A stretch of DNA of 64,000 bases, from contig NC_058368.1 in NCBI RefSeq assembly GCF_018350175.1, forward strand, positions 190,528,001 through 190,592,000, written 5' to 3'. A program made the translations under genes and the position numbers. Below the pieces are notes generated by a model. It had not been told where the DNA came from. It worked only from the letters and a program-made list of their open reading frames with translations, and made no database searches. Shown here piece after piece: positions 37,571 to 50,426 of the stretch. The first letter of the stretch is position 1. Each line of letters opens with the position of its first letter. Source of the DNA: Felis catus. Lineage: Eukaryota.

Positions 37571-38798
37571 TATAATTAGTATTTTTACAGGATAATTGAA
37601 AGAATGAACATTCATGCATTCTATGGCTATAAGTGCCTTTCCCATAGTCTGGGTTATTTAGTCTTGAAGAGCACTCTGTGAGCCCTACAAGGGGCAATAT
37701 CAACTCAGTCCAGTGTTTTTGCAGCCTCTTCTCTTCAAAGATTCAAATCCCATCCTTAATAGCCTTAGAAAATTACTAGTACATGAGGAAGGGGTAAGAG
37801 AATAGTCTCCACCAGGCTGGAATGATAGGATTTATTGAAAGATGGTCTCCTGTACAATTGCATCCTAAACATGTGTCTGTTTTTAATTTCTCAATCTTTC
37901 TTCACTTTTAATCCATATTTCCACTTTATCTTCTCTTTTATCCATTCATATTACCTATCCTTTCCCTTTTGTTTATAAATCATAATCCTTTTTCTTTTTC
38001 TCCCATGAAATTATACTTTAGACATGAAAGCAATATAAGTGACCTATTTGTCTGTCCCTCCCTTTGGGCAATAATATCTGTAATTTAAGAATAAAAAATG
38101 TCTCTCTTCCCTTTAACAATTTTATTTTGCCATCACCTCAAACCAAGTTTATCTCTTCCATTTATAACTATCTCAAGTCTGTCCCTGGATATAATCATCT
38201 TCTGCCTTAAAATGTGTAAATGGGTAATCTATAAACTCTTTAATATTTATCTCAAAAAATGTAATTCAGAGATACCATAAGAGCAGTTAATAATATTATG
38301 GGAATTAACAAAAAAAACACTAACAAATAAAAAAAGAAAAGGCATGAATATTTTGTAAGTATTTGTTGTCAAATTATTATTACGATCCTGAGGAATTGGC
38401 AATGTTTAAAGCATTTGGAAACTATTTCCATGGATGTATAAAAAGTAACAACAGCAAAATTCATATGTACAGTATCCGGAAAATGCAGATGTATTTTTAA
38501 GGCAGACATTAATATTTTAAATAAACCTGTTTGATAATGAAAACTTTTTTTTTAACCCTTGGGGAATATCACAATATTTTCATAACGATACTAAGATGTT
38601 ATTTTCTGTAGCATTTGCCTTTCGTACTGATGGTACAAAAGTAATGGTATAAAAACTGGTGCCTTAGAGCCAATGGAGGCAGTGGCACCAAATCCTCTTT
38701 AGTAATCATTAGTCTTTACAACTACACATGTATGTATACATATATACATGTATATAATGTATATTATACACATGCATACATATATGCATATGTATATA

Positions 38799-39464
38799 TA
38801 GTTCATGCTCATTATTTGCCATAATTCTATTCTATAAAGTTATTATAAAGATGAGTTAGTGAACACTGTGCCATTGCTCTTAGGGGAAATCCAATATTAG
38901 ATTCCTGTGAGTCTCTCATCACAACATTGTTGTCAACCAATCAGTATATAAACTTGTTTTGTGTGTTTTCTGTTTAAAGACACTTTATTTAATATGTATT
39001 ACTGATTCATTAACATTGAACGCATGGAAAACAGAATTATAATTCATGCTTGAAGGAAGCTTGTCTAACACATATGTTTGTTTGGTTAGTTTTTTTGCTT
39101 TTTTGGTTTTTTTTTTTATAAGTCGTGTTACAGTCTTCTTGTACTAAGGAATACCAGAGATTTTTCACCTTATGCTTGAGGCCATTTCAAACAGCAAAAT
39201 CACCAACAAAAAGCATAAAAATGCAAAAACATGGCAGTAAATAGACTGTGAAAGGATACCTGTTTACATTATGACAGCTGAGACAGGTGTTGCCTTGTTC
39301 CTGCCCATCTGGGAATGTGTACATCAGATGGCCCAAATTTTCACCCCACTGTGCATGTCTGAATGACCATGAAAGCAGCACAAGTATTGACTTTGGAGTT
39401 ACAAATAAGTTTTAGTGAGTAAGCAGTTCACAAATAAAAATCTGTGAATAATGAGGATTGATTA
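38799..39464 (-). mobile_element. MER82-like TcMar-Tigger non-autonomous element
   Basis: Imperfect TIRs 'tagttcatgctcattattt' / 'gaataatgaggattgatta' in TA-rich flanks; internal 'aaacagcaaaatcaccaacaaaaagcataaaaatgcaaaaacatggca'. Confidence 0.85.
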
Positions 39465-40634
39465 TATGTGTATTGTATACATATATACGTACATAAAAAA
39501 TGGTAACATGCATAGAACAGTTTTGCTGGATATCAAAAACATGTATGTTATTGGGTTGCAGGCTGAACTGACCACTGATTTCATAGAACACCATTCTTGA
39601 GAGAATACCATACAGCTATTGTTTTTCAATTATGATTATTTGGTAAATATTGTCTTGAAAATGAAAAAAGAAGTGAGCCTGTTACTCAAAAAAACATATT
39701 GACAGTGTTTATTGCCATTGATACAAATCAAGTTTTGACAAGCATGTTTCTGACACCACAAATATGATAGATTCTCAGTAGTTAGACTTCTAGGATAAGA
39801 ATGATGGTAATATTAATGAGTGTGCTTTTTAACTTTATATAATGAAATATTTCAACATTGAAATGGTCTGTATAGTTTGGTCAACCCATATTTCTCAGAT
39901 GACTGGTGCCTAATGTTAACAAATCATCCATGAGTAAAAAATCCACTTGAAGTGCAAAATAGACCACTGGATTTAAATGTGACGAAGTAAAAAACTTTCA
40001 TTGATATAATTTCAGATTTTACACTGCAACTAATGTTTAAGAAACTGTTCCTCTTTGAGTGTAGGTATACTGTCAAAGAAGGAAATCCACAATTATCTGA
40101 AAAGACTATGAAAACAACACTCTTCTTCTTTTTATCTATATAAATAAATATAAAGTAACAACAGCAAAATTCATATGCACAGTATCAGGCAAATGCAGAT
40201 GTATTTTTAAGGCAGACATTAATATTTTAAATAAATCTGTTTGATAATGAAAACTTTTTTTTAACCCTCACCTGTGTGTGAGGCTACATTTTCTTCATAT
40301 ATTTCAACCAAAACAATATATGGTAATAGACTGAATACAGAATCAGATAACAGACAATTCAGCTCTATCCTATTAATATAGACACTAAAGAGATTTGCAA
40401 AAATGAACAACATTGCCACTCTTCTACCAATTTTTTTGTTATGGAAAGTAGATTCTTTTCATAAAATTACTTGTTAATCTGCAATGAGTTTATTATTGCT
40501 ATTTAAAATTAATAAACACTTAAAATATTAAAAAAATTAGAATTATAGTTTTAATTTCTAATATGGTCAGTGTTAATAGATCTAACCCACCTAAACAAAT
40601 GTTCTTTACAGTCTTTAAGAATTAAGAAAATAAA

Positions 40635-40868
40635 GGAGCACCTGAGTGACTCAGTGGGTTAAGCACCCGATTTTGGCTCAGGTCACGATCTCATAGTTCA
40701 TGAGTTCAAGCCCCACATCGGGCTCTGTGCTGACTGCTCAGAGCCTGGAGCCTACTTCAGATTCTGTGTCTCCCTCTCTCTCTCTGCCCCTCCTCTGCTT
40801 GTGTTCTTTCTCTCTGTCTCTCTCTCTCAAAAATAAATAAATATTTAAAAATTAAAAAAAAAAAAAGA
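40635..40868 (+). mobile_element. CanSINE
   Basis: 'ggagcacctgagtgactcagtgggttaagc', 'gagcctggagcct', A tail; aagaaaataaag / aagaaattaaag flanks. Confidence 0.95.
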
Positions 40869-40914
40869 AGAAATTAAAGAGTCCCTGAGATCAAGAGTTA
40901 AGGAGTTAAGGACC

Positions 40915-41066
40915 GGGGCACCTGGGTGGCTCAGTCAGTTGGTTTAGCATCCAACTCTTGATTTTAGCTCACGTTATGATCCCAGGGTCATGGGATTGAG
41001 CTCCGTGTTGGACTCTGTGCTGAGCATGGAGCCTTCTAGAGATTCTCCCCCTTTCTCTGTCTTTCC
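40915..41066 (+). mobile_element. CanSINE lacking its A-rich tail
   Basis: 'ggggcacctgggtggctcagtcag...gatcccagggtcatgggattgag'; no poly-A or TSD visible. Confidence 0.88.
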
Positions 41067-41179
41067 TCATTTGTTCCCCTGTCCCCTTATCCCATTGTTT
41101 TATATGTGTACTTTATTACATCCAAACATGTAAGATCTGTCTCTAGATTGAAAGGAATAGTTTGTAGCAATCCATTGCT

Positions 41180-41835
41180 CATGCCTAGAATAACTAGAAA
41201 ACTCAACAAAATACAAAAACAATAATATGCTTGAAAGAATCAGAGAACTACTAAGTCAGCTAGGAATTGAGGTGCCAGGATTCAAGAGAGAAGGGAAATA
41301 CACTGAATGGGTTTTGACATTCTATGATGCTTTATTCCTCAAAGCATCTGTTGATTCATAGTTGCCTTGAGGAGAGAGGTTGAGAAACTGAGTAGAGCTT
41401 TTAACAATCTTAGGGGCATGGTGAGACAAAATTGGATTTTGAGGCTGATAAGTCAGCTAGGAGTTGGGAGGCCAAGATGTCAGAGAAATGGAAAAATATC
41501 ATGAATCCAATATTCTGTACCTGTTTCTCCTTGGAGTGTTTGCCAGCTTGCAAAGTGTAGCTGCAAAGAAACTAAAAAGCAAGCAGAATTGTCAGCAATC
41601 TCTTTATGTTGCAGAGAATAAAAACTGTAATTCAGGACCTGTGAAGGTAAAGGTGCTTTAGTAAATACTTGAGACTTTCTATTGGGACCCCTGAAGGACC
41701 ATACCCTAGGAGGAAAGATGAAGGAGAAATATATCAGCTTTGCAAAGAATGAAATTCTACTTTGATTTTCTTAGTTCTTTATTGGGTGAAGGTGGGAAGG
41801 TTTAGTTACCTGCCAGAGACTTAAAAAAAAATAAC

Positions 41836-41866
<31 letters not shown>

Positions 41867-43180
41867 CCTCTTTTCTGGAGAATTAAAACATTACCCAGAG
41901 ATCCAAGTGAGAAAATAGACAATAGAAACAGACTGGTGATCCAGAGATTGGGTGGTACCAGGTGCAGACTTTAAAATATGGGAAATATCATCAAAAACTT
42001 GGATTTATTCATTTCTGTATCATATAGAAATACTAGAATTGAAAGTTACAGTAAGTGAAATCAAGGACACAATTAATAGATTTAATACCAGATTAGACAT
42101 AGCTCATCTGAAAGATATTAAAAAATAAATCCACACTCAGCTACGGTGAGGAAAAAAAAAAGATAGAAAATAGAGAAAAGACATAAGACATGTGGAAAGT
42201 CTAACATACTTGTGATAGAAAGAGAGGGAAAGTAAGAAAGGGGCAGAAGAAGCATTTGAAAAATATTGGTAGAAAATTTCTCCAAAGAGATTAAACATGT
42301 CAAACCACAGATTCGAACAATCAGAATAAATATAAAGAAAACCATGCTTAGACACATCATAGTAAAATCACTAAAAGCCAATGACACAGAGAAAATCATG
42401 AAAGTATCCAGGGACCTAAATAAATCCAAAAGACAATAAAATGACATCTTTAAGGTGCTAAAAAATTAACTATACCCATTGAAGAATCAGAGATATTCTT
42501 CAAGTATGAAGTCAAATATAAAGACATTTCAAATAAAAAATGAGATAGTTCATCACTAGGAAACCTATACTAAAAGAGAAACTAAAAAACTTAAGAAATA
42601 TAGAATATAATCTTACAGGCCTAGAAATATAGGAAAAAATTAAGAACAAAAATGATAAATATGTGGGTAAATCTGCAGGAATATTGACTATATACCACAA
42701 TAATAATGGCTTATGGGGTTTAAAATAGAAATAAAATACATGTCAACATTAGTATAAAATGTGGGAGAGACATAAAGTGTTCAAAAGTTCTGTATTATCT
42801 GGGAAATAGTAATATGAATTAATTTACATTAAACTCAGTAAGTTAGGGATGAATGTTGTAATCTCTAAGGTTGGTGCTAAATGAACAGGGAAAACTAAAA
42901 AATGAGAAAAAAGTGGAATAATAAAAATATATTTGATTTTAAAAAAATGTATGAAAGGAGAAAAAGGGGAACCTATAACAGGTGAAATAAAAAATTAGGA
43001 AAATTGTATATTTAAATTCAATCATCAGTGATTAAGTCTAAATGGACTAAATATCTCTAATCAAAAGTCAATGCTTCTCTGAATGGAGAAGCTTTATGCT
43101 ACTGACAGTTTCCTATATTATTATGCTACTTCCAAAACTGCATGTGACTTACAAAAGACACTGATAAAAGGGTGCACAAA
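41180..43180 (+). mobile_element. Ancient L1 5' region, ORF1 remnant and ORF2 start
   Basis: About 42341 translates TMLRHIIVKSLKANDTEKIMKVSR (L1 ORF1 RHIIVK...EKILK motif); 'taaatggactaaat...aatcaaaag' resembles ORF2 NGLN..IKR; A-rich. Confidence 0.75.
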
Positions 43181-43629
43181 GATTGAATAAGAACTAAAGA
43201 TAAAATGTTTCATGTTTATGTGACATGGGAATGTAATATTTTTATTCATCTTTTGTAGTTGAGAGTCCTTATTCTAATTATTCTTAGTGTTAAAGACTTA
43301 TATCAGAAAGGTATTTCTTAGGTAGATTTGGTTAAAATTCTTACCTGAAATTTTTGTGTTATATTTGTTTAAGTTTTTTTTTTTTTTTTATTATGGAGAG
43401 TTTCAAACAAATACTAAAATAGAAATAATGATCTTGAATTAAAATTGTTAGCACATGGTTAATCTTGTCTTAACTATATCTTCACTTGTGGATTATTTTG
43501 CACAATTCCTAGATATCATGTAATTTTATCTTTATCTTAGGATATATCACAAAATATAAGAACTCTTTAAAATAATCATAATACTATTACCATGCATTAA
43601 GAAATAAACAGTGTCTATATGTACATTCT

Positions 43630-44010
43630 GGAGAGTGGTTGCTAATAGGTATGGAGTTCCTCTGTAGAATGATAAAAATATTCCAGAATTATAGGGGGTC
43701 CTGGGTGGCTCAGTCAGTTAAGTATCTGACTCTTGACTTCAGTTCTGGTCATGATTTCACGGTTTGTGAGTTCAAGCCCCACATCAGGCTCTGTGCTGGC
43801 AGTGCAGAGCCTGCTTGGGATTCTGTCTCCCTCACTCTCTGTCCCTCCCCTGCTTGCTGTCTGTCTCTCTCTCAAAAAGAAAAAAAAAAAATTCCAGAAT
43901 TATAGAGTGGTTGATGGTTGCACAACTTTGTGAGCCTATTAAAAACAACTGAATTGTACATAATCAAAGGGTAAAATTTATGTGTGGATTATATCTCCAT
44001 TAAAACAAAA
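43630..44010 (+). mobile_element. Old L1 (L1MB/MC-like) 3' terminus, split by a SINE
   Basis: 'gatggttgcacaactttgtgag...aaaacaactgaattgtaca...ttatatctccattaaaa'. Confidence 0.8.
43694..43890 (+). mobile_element. CanSINE
   Basis: Typical head and body; TSD attccagaattatag (43680 / 43891). Confidence 0.96.
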
Positions 44011-44240
44011 ACCAAAAACAATTCTTTAATATTCAGATATGGAGTTTTAATTAGATCTTTCAATTTTTATTTTATTTTAACCTCTAATAGTGTTTTCCTA
44101 TATGGAGCTTTTTTTTAGAGAATGTCTAAGATCCATTTATGCAGTTATCTCTATAAAAGGCTGTATTTCATTAAATAATAACTAAAGTTTACTTAGACTT
44201 TTAGAAAGAGTGATATTTTTCTTTAGATACATACTGTTAT

Positions 44241-44440
44241 GGGGCACCTGGGTGGCTCAGTCAGTTAAGTATGCAACGTTGGTGCAGGTTGTGATCTCAT
44301 AGTTTGTGAGTTCGAGCCCCGCATCAGGCTTTCTGTTGATAGCTCAGAGCCTCGAGTCTGTTTCAGATTTTGTGTGTCCCTTTCTCTCTCTGCCCCTCCC
44401 CCCGGCTCACACTCTCTCTCTAAAATAAACATTAAAAAAA

Positions 44441-44479
<39 letters not shown>

Positions 44480-44480
44480 A
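44241..44480 (+). mobile_element. CanSINE with (TAAA)n tail
   Basis: 'ggggcacctgggtggctcagtcagttaag'; degenerate TSD tagatacatactgttatg / tagacacaaactcttatg. Confidence 0.96.
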
Positions 44481-44785
44481 TAGACACAAACTCTTATGAA
44501 AGTCAACACCAAACACCTAAACTTTGATGTAAATCTAGTTTTCAGGAATGCTAAGGTCTATTAGGTGTTAATCCTTTTATTTTCCGGTTTATCAAACAAT
44601 ACTGACTGTGGATTTAGAATCCTCACTCATACTAGAAATGAAGTCATCCATAACTGAAATTTGTCTCCAAAGGCCTGTAATTCTGTGTCTTATAGTTTTT
44701 ACAATACAATGGCAATTGCAACAGCTACTATGACCAGCTGACATTTGAGAACTTATGCAACAGGTACTGTGCAGAGTGCCCCCTA

Positions 44786-45165
44786 TTTTTATTAGAGTTG
44801 ACAAATGTTATATTAATTTCAGAAGTACAACAGTGATTCAACAATTCTATACATTACACAGTGCTCACCATGATAAGTATAGCTACCATCTGTCACCGTA
44901 CAATGTTATTGCAACTACATTGACCTATATTCCCTACGCATACTTTTAATCCCCGTGACTTCTTTATTTTATACTGGAAGGTTATACTTCTTAATCTCCT
45001 TTACCCATTTGTCCATCCCCCTATTCCCTCTCCTCTGGGAGTTACTAGTCTGTATTTATGAGTCTGTTTCTGGTGTTTGTTTGTTTGTTTGTTTTTTAGA
45101 TTTTACATGTAAGTGAGTTCATATGGTATCTTTTTTTCTTTGACTTATTTCATTTAGGATAGTAC
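44786..45165 (-). mobile_element. L1 3' end (older carnivore type) inserted in a MIR
   Basis: 'gtacaacagtgattcaacaattctatacattacacagtgctcacc'; flanks ctgtgcagagtgc / ctgtgctaagtgc; MIR-like sequence continues to about 45330. Confidence 0.8.
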
Positions 45166-45692
45166 TCTGTGCTAAGTGCTTTAAATTCATCATCTCATTG
45201 AGTCTTCATGACTACTTAATAGAGGGAGGATAAAGACATTGAAATCATCCTATTTCCTTTTGTAGGGGAGTAAGTGGCCAACGCTGGCATTCAAGCCTGA
45301 GGTGTTCAGCTAAACCTGACTGGTAACCACTCTACCACATCTCTATAATTAACAGTCTTCTGGTTTCCCAACTTTACTGAGAAAACCTTTGGGCCTTTTG
45401 TCATGAGTTAATACACAGAATAAGGGAATGCATTTCATGTAAGTGCTGGTGCTAGTTAATACCATGTGTTATATCCAGTAGAAGCATTGAAGCAATTCAA
45501 AGTACTAAGAGTTCAGGTTTTGTTCTGTTTTCAAGTGTTACAATGTGTGGCACATAAGCACGTTTTTATAAAGTGCTTTAATTTCCTTGTACAACTCAAG
45601 ACAACAATCTATTTCTATGCATTTTATCCAATAAAGTAGAAGATACCATTTAGACATCCTTTATTATTCTCTTAATGCATTATCCAGCTTCT

Positions 45693-45917
45693 TTTTTATT
45701 TTTAAAATTTTTTTCAACGTTTATTTATTTTTGGGACAGAGAGAGACAGAGCATGAACGGGGGAGGGGCAGAGAGAGAGGGAGACACAGAATCGGAAACA
45801 GGCTCCAGGCTCTGAGCCATCAGCCCAGAGCCTGACACGGGGCTCGAACTCACGGACCGCGAGATCGTGACCTGGCTGAAGTCGTACACTTAACTGACTG
45901 CGCCACCCAGGCGCCCC
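45693..45917 (-). mobile_element. Young felid CanSINE (SINEC_Fc-type)
   Basis: 'gagccatcagcccagagcc...gagatcgtgacctggctgaagtc...ctgcgccacccaggcgcccc'; perfect 17-bp TSD tgcattatccagcttct (45676-45692 / 45918-45934). Confidence 0.98.
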
Positions 45918-46399
45918 TGCATTATCCAGCTTCTAAAGTTGCTAGAGACATATAATAAACTATTTTTGAATGATTGTATTCTGTAAGAACTTCTTAGTTT
46001 AACTAGTAGGCGTATCCTCCCCAACTTGTGCAAATCTTGGGTTCAGTTAGGCATCTTATGTAAATGATAGCCTTGGAAGTATATTTTGTCCTTGGCATGA
46101 GGTACGCTGGTCACAACATCAGCAGTGACATGCAAATCCAGTAAAAGGCCAAGTGAGCCCTATGCCCAATGTAAAAATTCTGCCACTGACCCCAGGTAAC
46201 TCTGAGCTTCTGTACAGGGCTATGTGCAATAGAGTTTTACTACAGAACTTCACAATGCAAGTGGTTTATTCTATTTGCCCTGCCACACCCAGTATCTTCC
46301 ATAATTGTTGAACAACTTGAAATAGACTTTTACATAGAATAAATATATTATTGCTAATTAGAAGCTTACACGTACTAGACTCTTAAATGATGGGGTATA

Positions 46400-46601
46400 C
46401 CGGCGGTCTGCAAACGTCTATGAAGAGCAATATGGTCAGTGTTTTAGAATTAACATTCCACACGGTGTCTGTTGCAACTACGCAACTCTGCAGTTGGAAC
46501 TGGAAAGCAGAAACCATACTTAAATGAGTGTGATTACATTCCAATAAAACTTTATTTATAAAAGCAGACATTTGACCTGTGGCTGTGGTTTGCTAATCCT
46601 T
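46400..46601 (+). mobile_element. MER58A-like hAT-Charlie fossil
   Basis: 'gtctgttgcaactacgcaactctgc', 'ttccaataaaactttatttataaaagcag', 'tgtggtttgctaatcct'. Confidence 0.85.
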
Positions 46602-46611
46602 AACATATGCT

Positions 46612-47283
46612 CTTTTTTTCTTCATAATTGAGGCATAATTGACCTATAATATTACATTAGTTTCAGGTGGGCAACATAATGATTTGCTATTTGTATTTTA
46701 TTGTGAAATAATCGCCACAGTGAGTCTAGTTAACATCTCTCATCATACATAGTTACAAAAATTTTTCTTGTGATGAAAACTTTTAAGATTTCTCTTAGCA
46801 ACGTTCAAATATGCAATACAGTATTATCGGGAGTCACCAAGTTAGAATTTAAATCCCCATGACTTATTTATTTTTTGTAACTGGTAGTTTGTACATTTTG
46901 ACCCCCTTTATCCATTTACCTAACCCCCATGCCTATCTCTAGCATCCACTAATACACTCGCTGCATCTTTGAGCTCAGTTTTGGTGTTATTTTTAGATTC
47001 TACAAAGAAGTGAGATCATATGGTATTTGTCTTTCTCTGTCTGACTTATTTCTTTTAGCATAAATCCCTCAAGGTCCATCCATGTTATGCAAATGGTAAG
47101 ATTTTGTTCTTTTTTTGTGGGTAAGTAATATTCCATTGTGTGTGTGTTCTTTATTCTTCTTTATTCATCTTATTCACTCTTTCCTAGACTGATACAAGGT
47201 TGTTTCCATGTCTTGGCTATTGTAAATAACACTGCAATGGCATAGGGGTGCAGGTATCTTTTCAAGTTAGTATTTTCATTTTC
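46612..47283 (-). mobile_element. L1 3' end (L1MA8/9- or old carnivore-like)
   Basis: 'ataattgacctataatattacattagtttcagg', 'gtgagatcatatggtatttgtctttctctgtctgacttatttc'. Confidence 0.85.
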
Positions 47284-47309
47284 TGGCATCCAGTCTTATG
47301 CAGGTATGG

Positions 47310-47670
47310 CTATTATCCTCATTTTACAGATATGGATACAAGGGCATAAAACAACTAAGAAATTTTCTCAAGATCTTGTGACTAAAGCACTAGAATTTGG
47401 CTTTGAACTGTGGCAGTCAACCTGCAGTATCTATGTTCTTGAGCAGTGTGTCATATTCCCTCTTCAGTACAAAAGGTAGCAAAAAAGTCATACTTTTATG
47501 GGTTACCATACATAATGTCATCTAATCCTTAAAACCACCCTGTGAAGAAAGCGATATTATTTTCCCTTTACCAATAAAAAATTAAATCAAAGTTTGAGCT
47601 TGCTTGAGGTCAGTCAGTAGAGAAGTCTAAATTAGAACATGGATCAAATTCATAGGTCCACATCCTTTTC
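47310..47670 (-). mobile_element. Two MIR fragments
   Basis: 'tattatcctcattttacagat', 'tcatctaatccttaaaaccaccctgtgaag...attattttccctttac'. Confidence 0.7.
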
Positions 47671-48599
47671 ATGAATGTCAAGGGGAAGGCAGTAAAGCAT
47701 ACTGTTTAAGAACCTTTACAGACTTCACTAACAGAGGTAGTGACCAGATCTAGGTATACTCATGGGAGTGAGTAGCTAAAACTGGTGGATGAATATACAA
47801 AATGGAGAGTAGTAGACCATGGAATTAAGAAAGTTAAGTGCTACATAATTCATTCATATTTATATTAAAGTTGCATGATCTAAGGCAGGAATAGTAATGA
47901 AGAAAATGACAGTGAGCCAGGAACTGAAAGTGTTGGAGAATTTAGGAAGTGACGTAGGGGTGTTTGACGATAGCATCAGGGAGAGATAATGTTTGGTATA
48001 ATATGATAACATGAGGTTTGATCATTGTTTATTTTTTCAACAGTGGAAGGAAGGGAAATTGTTTGGAAGCCACAATAAGAAGCAAAGAGAAAGACAACCC
48101 TATTTCTATGCCCACTGGTCAAGAAGTATGGGGAAAAAAGAGCCACCTAGGGCATCTTTATTCTTAGGAGAGAGCCAGATCTTACACATAGAGTAATACA
48201 ATGAATGGGATATTGAGGGCAAAATAGGCGATCTGCAGAACCACATAAAGTTTAGAGTATGGAAGATGAGGGGTGGTTTGGGGCTCTGTGTAGTAATGGT
48301 CTAATGAATAGCATGGTACGATTCAGGTTGGTGGATTCAAAGCATTTAACATTGGCAAAGCTACGTGTATCAGAGGGTTTGGAGCTCCCTCTTAGCACTT
48401 GGAATGGGGTGGGAGGTAGGGGTTTAAGGGATTTTAGTCCTCATGCACTGGTTTCTTCTTAATCCCTGCTATGCACACTCATCTTGACCTTGATGACTGA
48501 CTTGTGGAGGAGCTGGGTGTTATTCCAAGAGCAGAGGCTTGTCTTAGGCCTTGATAATTGGGATAAAGACCTAGGAGAAGTGTGATTTTTGTCCTAGTT

Positions 48600-50100
48600 C
48601 CAGGCTTCCTTTTCATCTATTGGTTGGTCATTTACCCAGCCCTACTCCAGCCTGTACCGTTACAAATGACTGTACCCCTTTCTAATTTCCTATAACCTAA
48701 GCCTAATCCTAAAAATCCTAATTTCCTATAACTCACTCTCTGACCACCATCTCCATCTTTCTGCTCACTACTTCTACCTCTCAACCCCAATAGTCCTTCA
48801 AGCCCACTTGGACATTCAGTTTATTAATCTTACTGCCTTTCACTATACTTTATCATCAAAATGACCTCACTTTCCTTCCTAAATTCCAAGATCAGTCATT
48901 ACCTTTCACATTACCCTTGACTCACTTTCATTACCTTGTGCCTGCATCTGTACAGTTGAATGTGGCTTGAATAAAACACATAACTGGTCTGATTTGGTTC
49001 ATTTTAAATTCATGAGCATAAATCTTTAGGGGATTCTTGATGCTGCCAGGCAAGCATACTATACAATCTCGGTCCATTCACTCTCCCATTTCTAGATAAC
49101 CATTTTATATCTCATTTTCTTCTTCAAAAGCTCCAACCTCTTCCTCCACCCTCATTCTCAATGACGATCTCGTTCCTATTCCATTGAAATAAGTTGAAGT
49201 AAGAGCAAAGATCTTCACTCACTCCTCCATCGTATCTACTCATTTGCCAGCATGGACACCCATGTACTGTGCCTTCCCAACTATGACCAAGGATAAAGTG
49301 TCCATGCCCCTACCTAAGTATTGGTTCTTTCACTTATATAAGAAATCCAATCACCTCTCATCTACTAAAGGACATTGCTACAATTATTCCCTCTTTTCCA
49401 TATCTTTAAATTTTATCTCTTTAATACATCATTCCTATTAGAAATGAAATAGGCTAGTATTTCTCACATCTTAACCAAAATAAGTTTTCTTGCCCCCCCC
49501 TCCATTTCCCTGTCAGCTGACACTCCACTTTTTTCCCTTTACAGCAAAATTCTCCTTTGATTCTTTCCTGAGTCTGTTCCAATCATGCTTTTGCTTGTAA
49601 CATTCTGTTCCATTAATGATCAATGGTTGATGACTTCTTGCTAAATCTCATATTCATTTTTTGATTCTGATTTTCTACTTATTAGCAGTATTTGACACAA
49701 TTGATCACTACCAACCATCTTCTTAAAACCCTTCACTTGGTATCTGAAATAACAGGTCTCTCTAATACCATAAGGGGTATTTCTCAGCCTCCTTGGTTTC
49801 TTTCTTCTTATCTCCTCAACCTCTCAATGTGCATGCATCTGGTTCTTAGAGCTTTTACTCTATCTACACCCGTTCCCCTAAAATCTCATTTAAATCTCTA
49901 GATCTCATCTGTATGTTGATTCCTCCAAATTTGCATTCCTAGCCAAGTCTTTGCTTCACACTGAAGATTGGTCTAAACAATTGTCAACTTGACCTCTCCA
50001 CTTAATGCCTAGCAAGTATTCAAGTTAATCATGTCTAAAATTAAATTTCTCCCACTTACTCAACCTGCTTTTCCTAGATCTTTCCTTTATCTATTAATTT
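48600..50100 (+). mobile_element. L2 ORF2-region fossil
   Basis: 'cactctctgaccaccatctcc', 'tcagcagtatttgacacaattgatcac'-like RT motif near 49683, 'tgtatgttgattcctccaaattt', 'cttgacctctccactt'. Confidence 0.75.
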
Positions 50101-50218
50101 CCTTCTTACTGTATATGAGTGTTATGCAGCTACTTGCACAAATTTTGCACATAACTGGGCATCATGTAGGGTATGCAGATGTTTATCTCATGGCCTCTGC
50201 CCTCATAATTAAAAATTT

Positions 50219-50426
50219 TTTTTAATGTTTATTTATTTTTGAGAGAGACAGAGACAGAATGCGAGTGGGTTAGGGGCAGAGAGAGAGGGAGACACAGAAT
50301 CTGAAGCAGGCTCCAGGCTCTGACCTGTCAGCACCGAGCCTGACATGGGGCTGGAACTCATGAGCTGTGAGATCACAACCTGAGCCAAGGTCGGACACTC
50401 ACCTGACTGAGCCACCCAGGCGCTCC
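50219..50426 (-). mobile_element. CanSINE
   Basis: 'gacacagaatctgaagcaggctccaggctc', 'gagccacccaggcgctcc'; TSD cataattaaaaattt / cataatttaaaattt. Confidence 0.96.

Larger units (their letters stand above)
38560..40914 (+). mobile_element. Charlie1-like hAT DNA transposon fossil, interrupted by MER82, a 117-bp templated insert and a SINE
   Basis: 'tactgatggtacaaaagtaatgg...ggcagtggcaccaaa', 'ccacaattatctgaaaagactat', 'tgtgtgaggctacattttcttcatatatttcaaccaaaacaa', 'gacactaaagagatttgcaaaaatg' match recalled Charlie1 transposase remnants. Confidence 0.82.
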
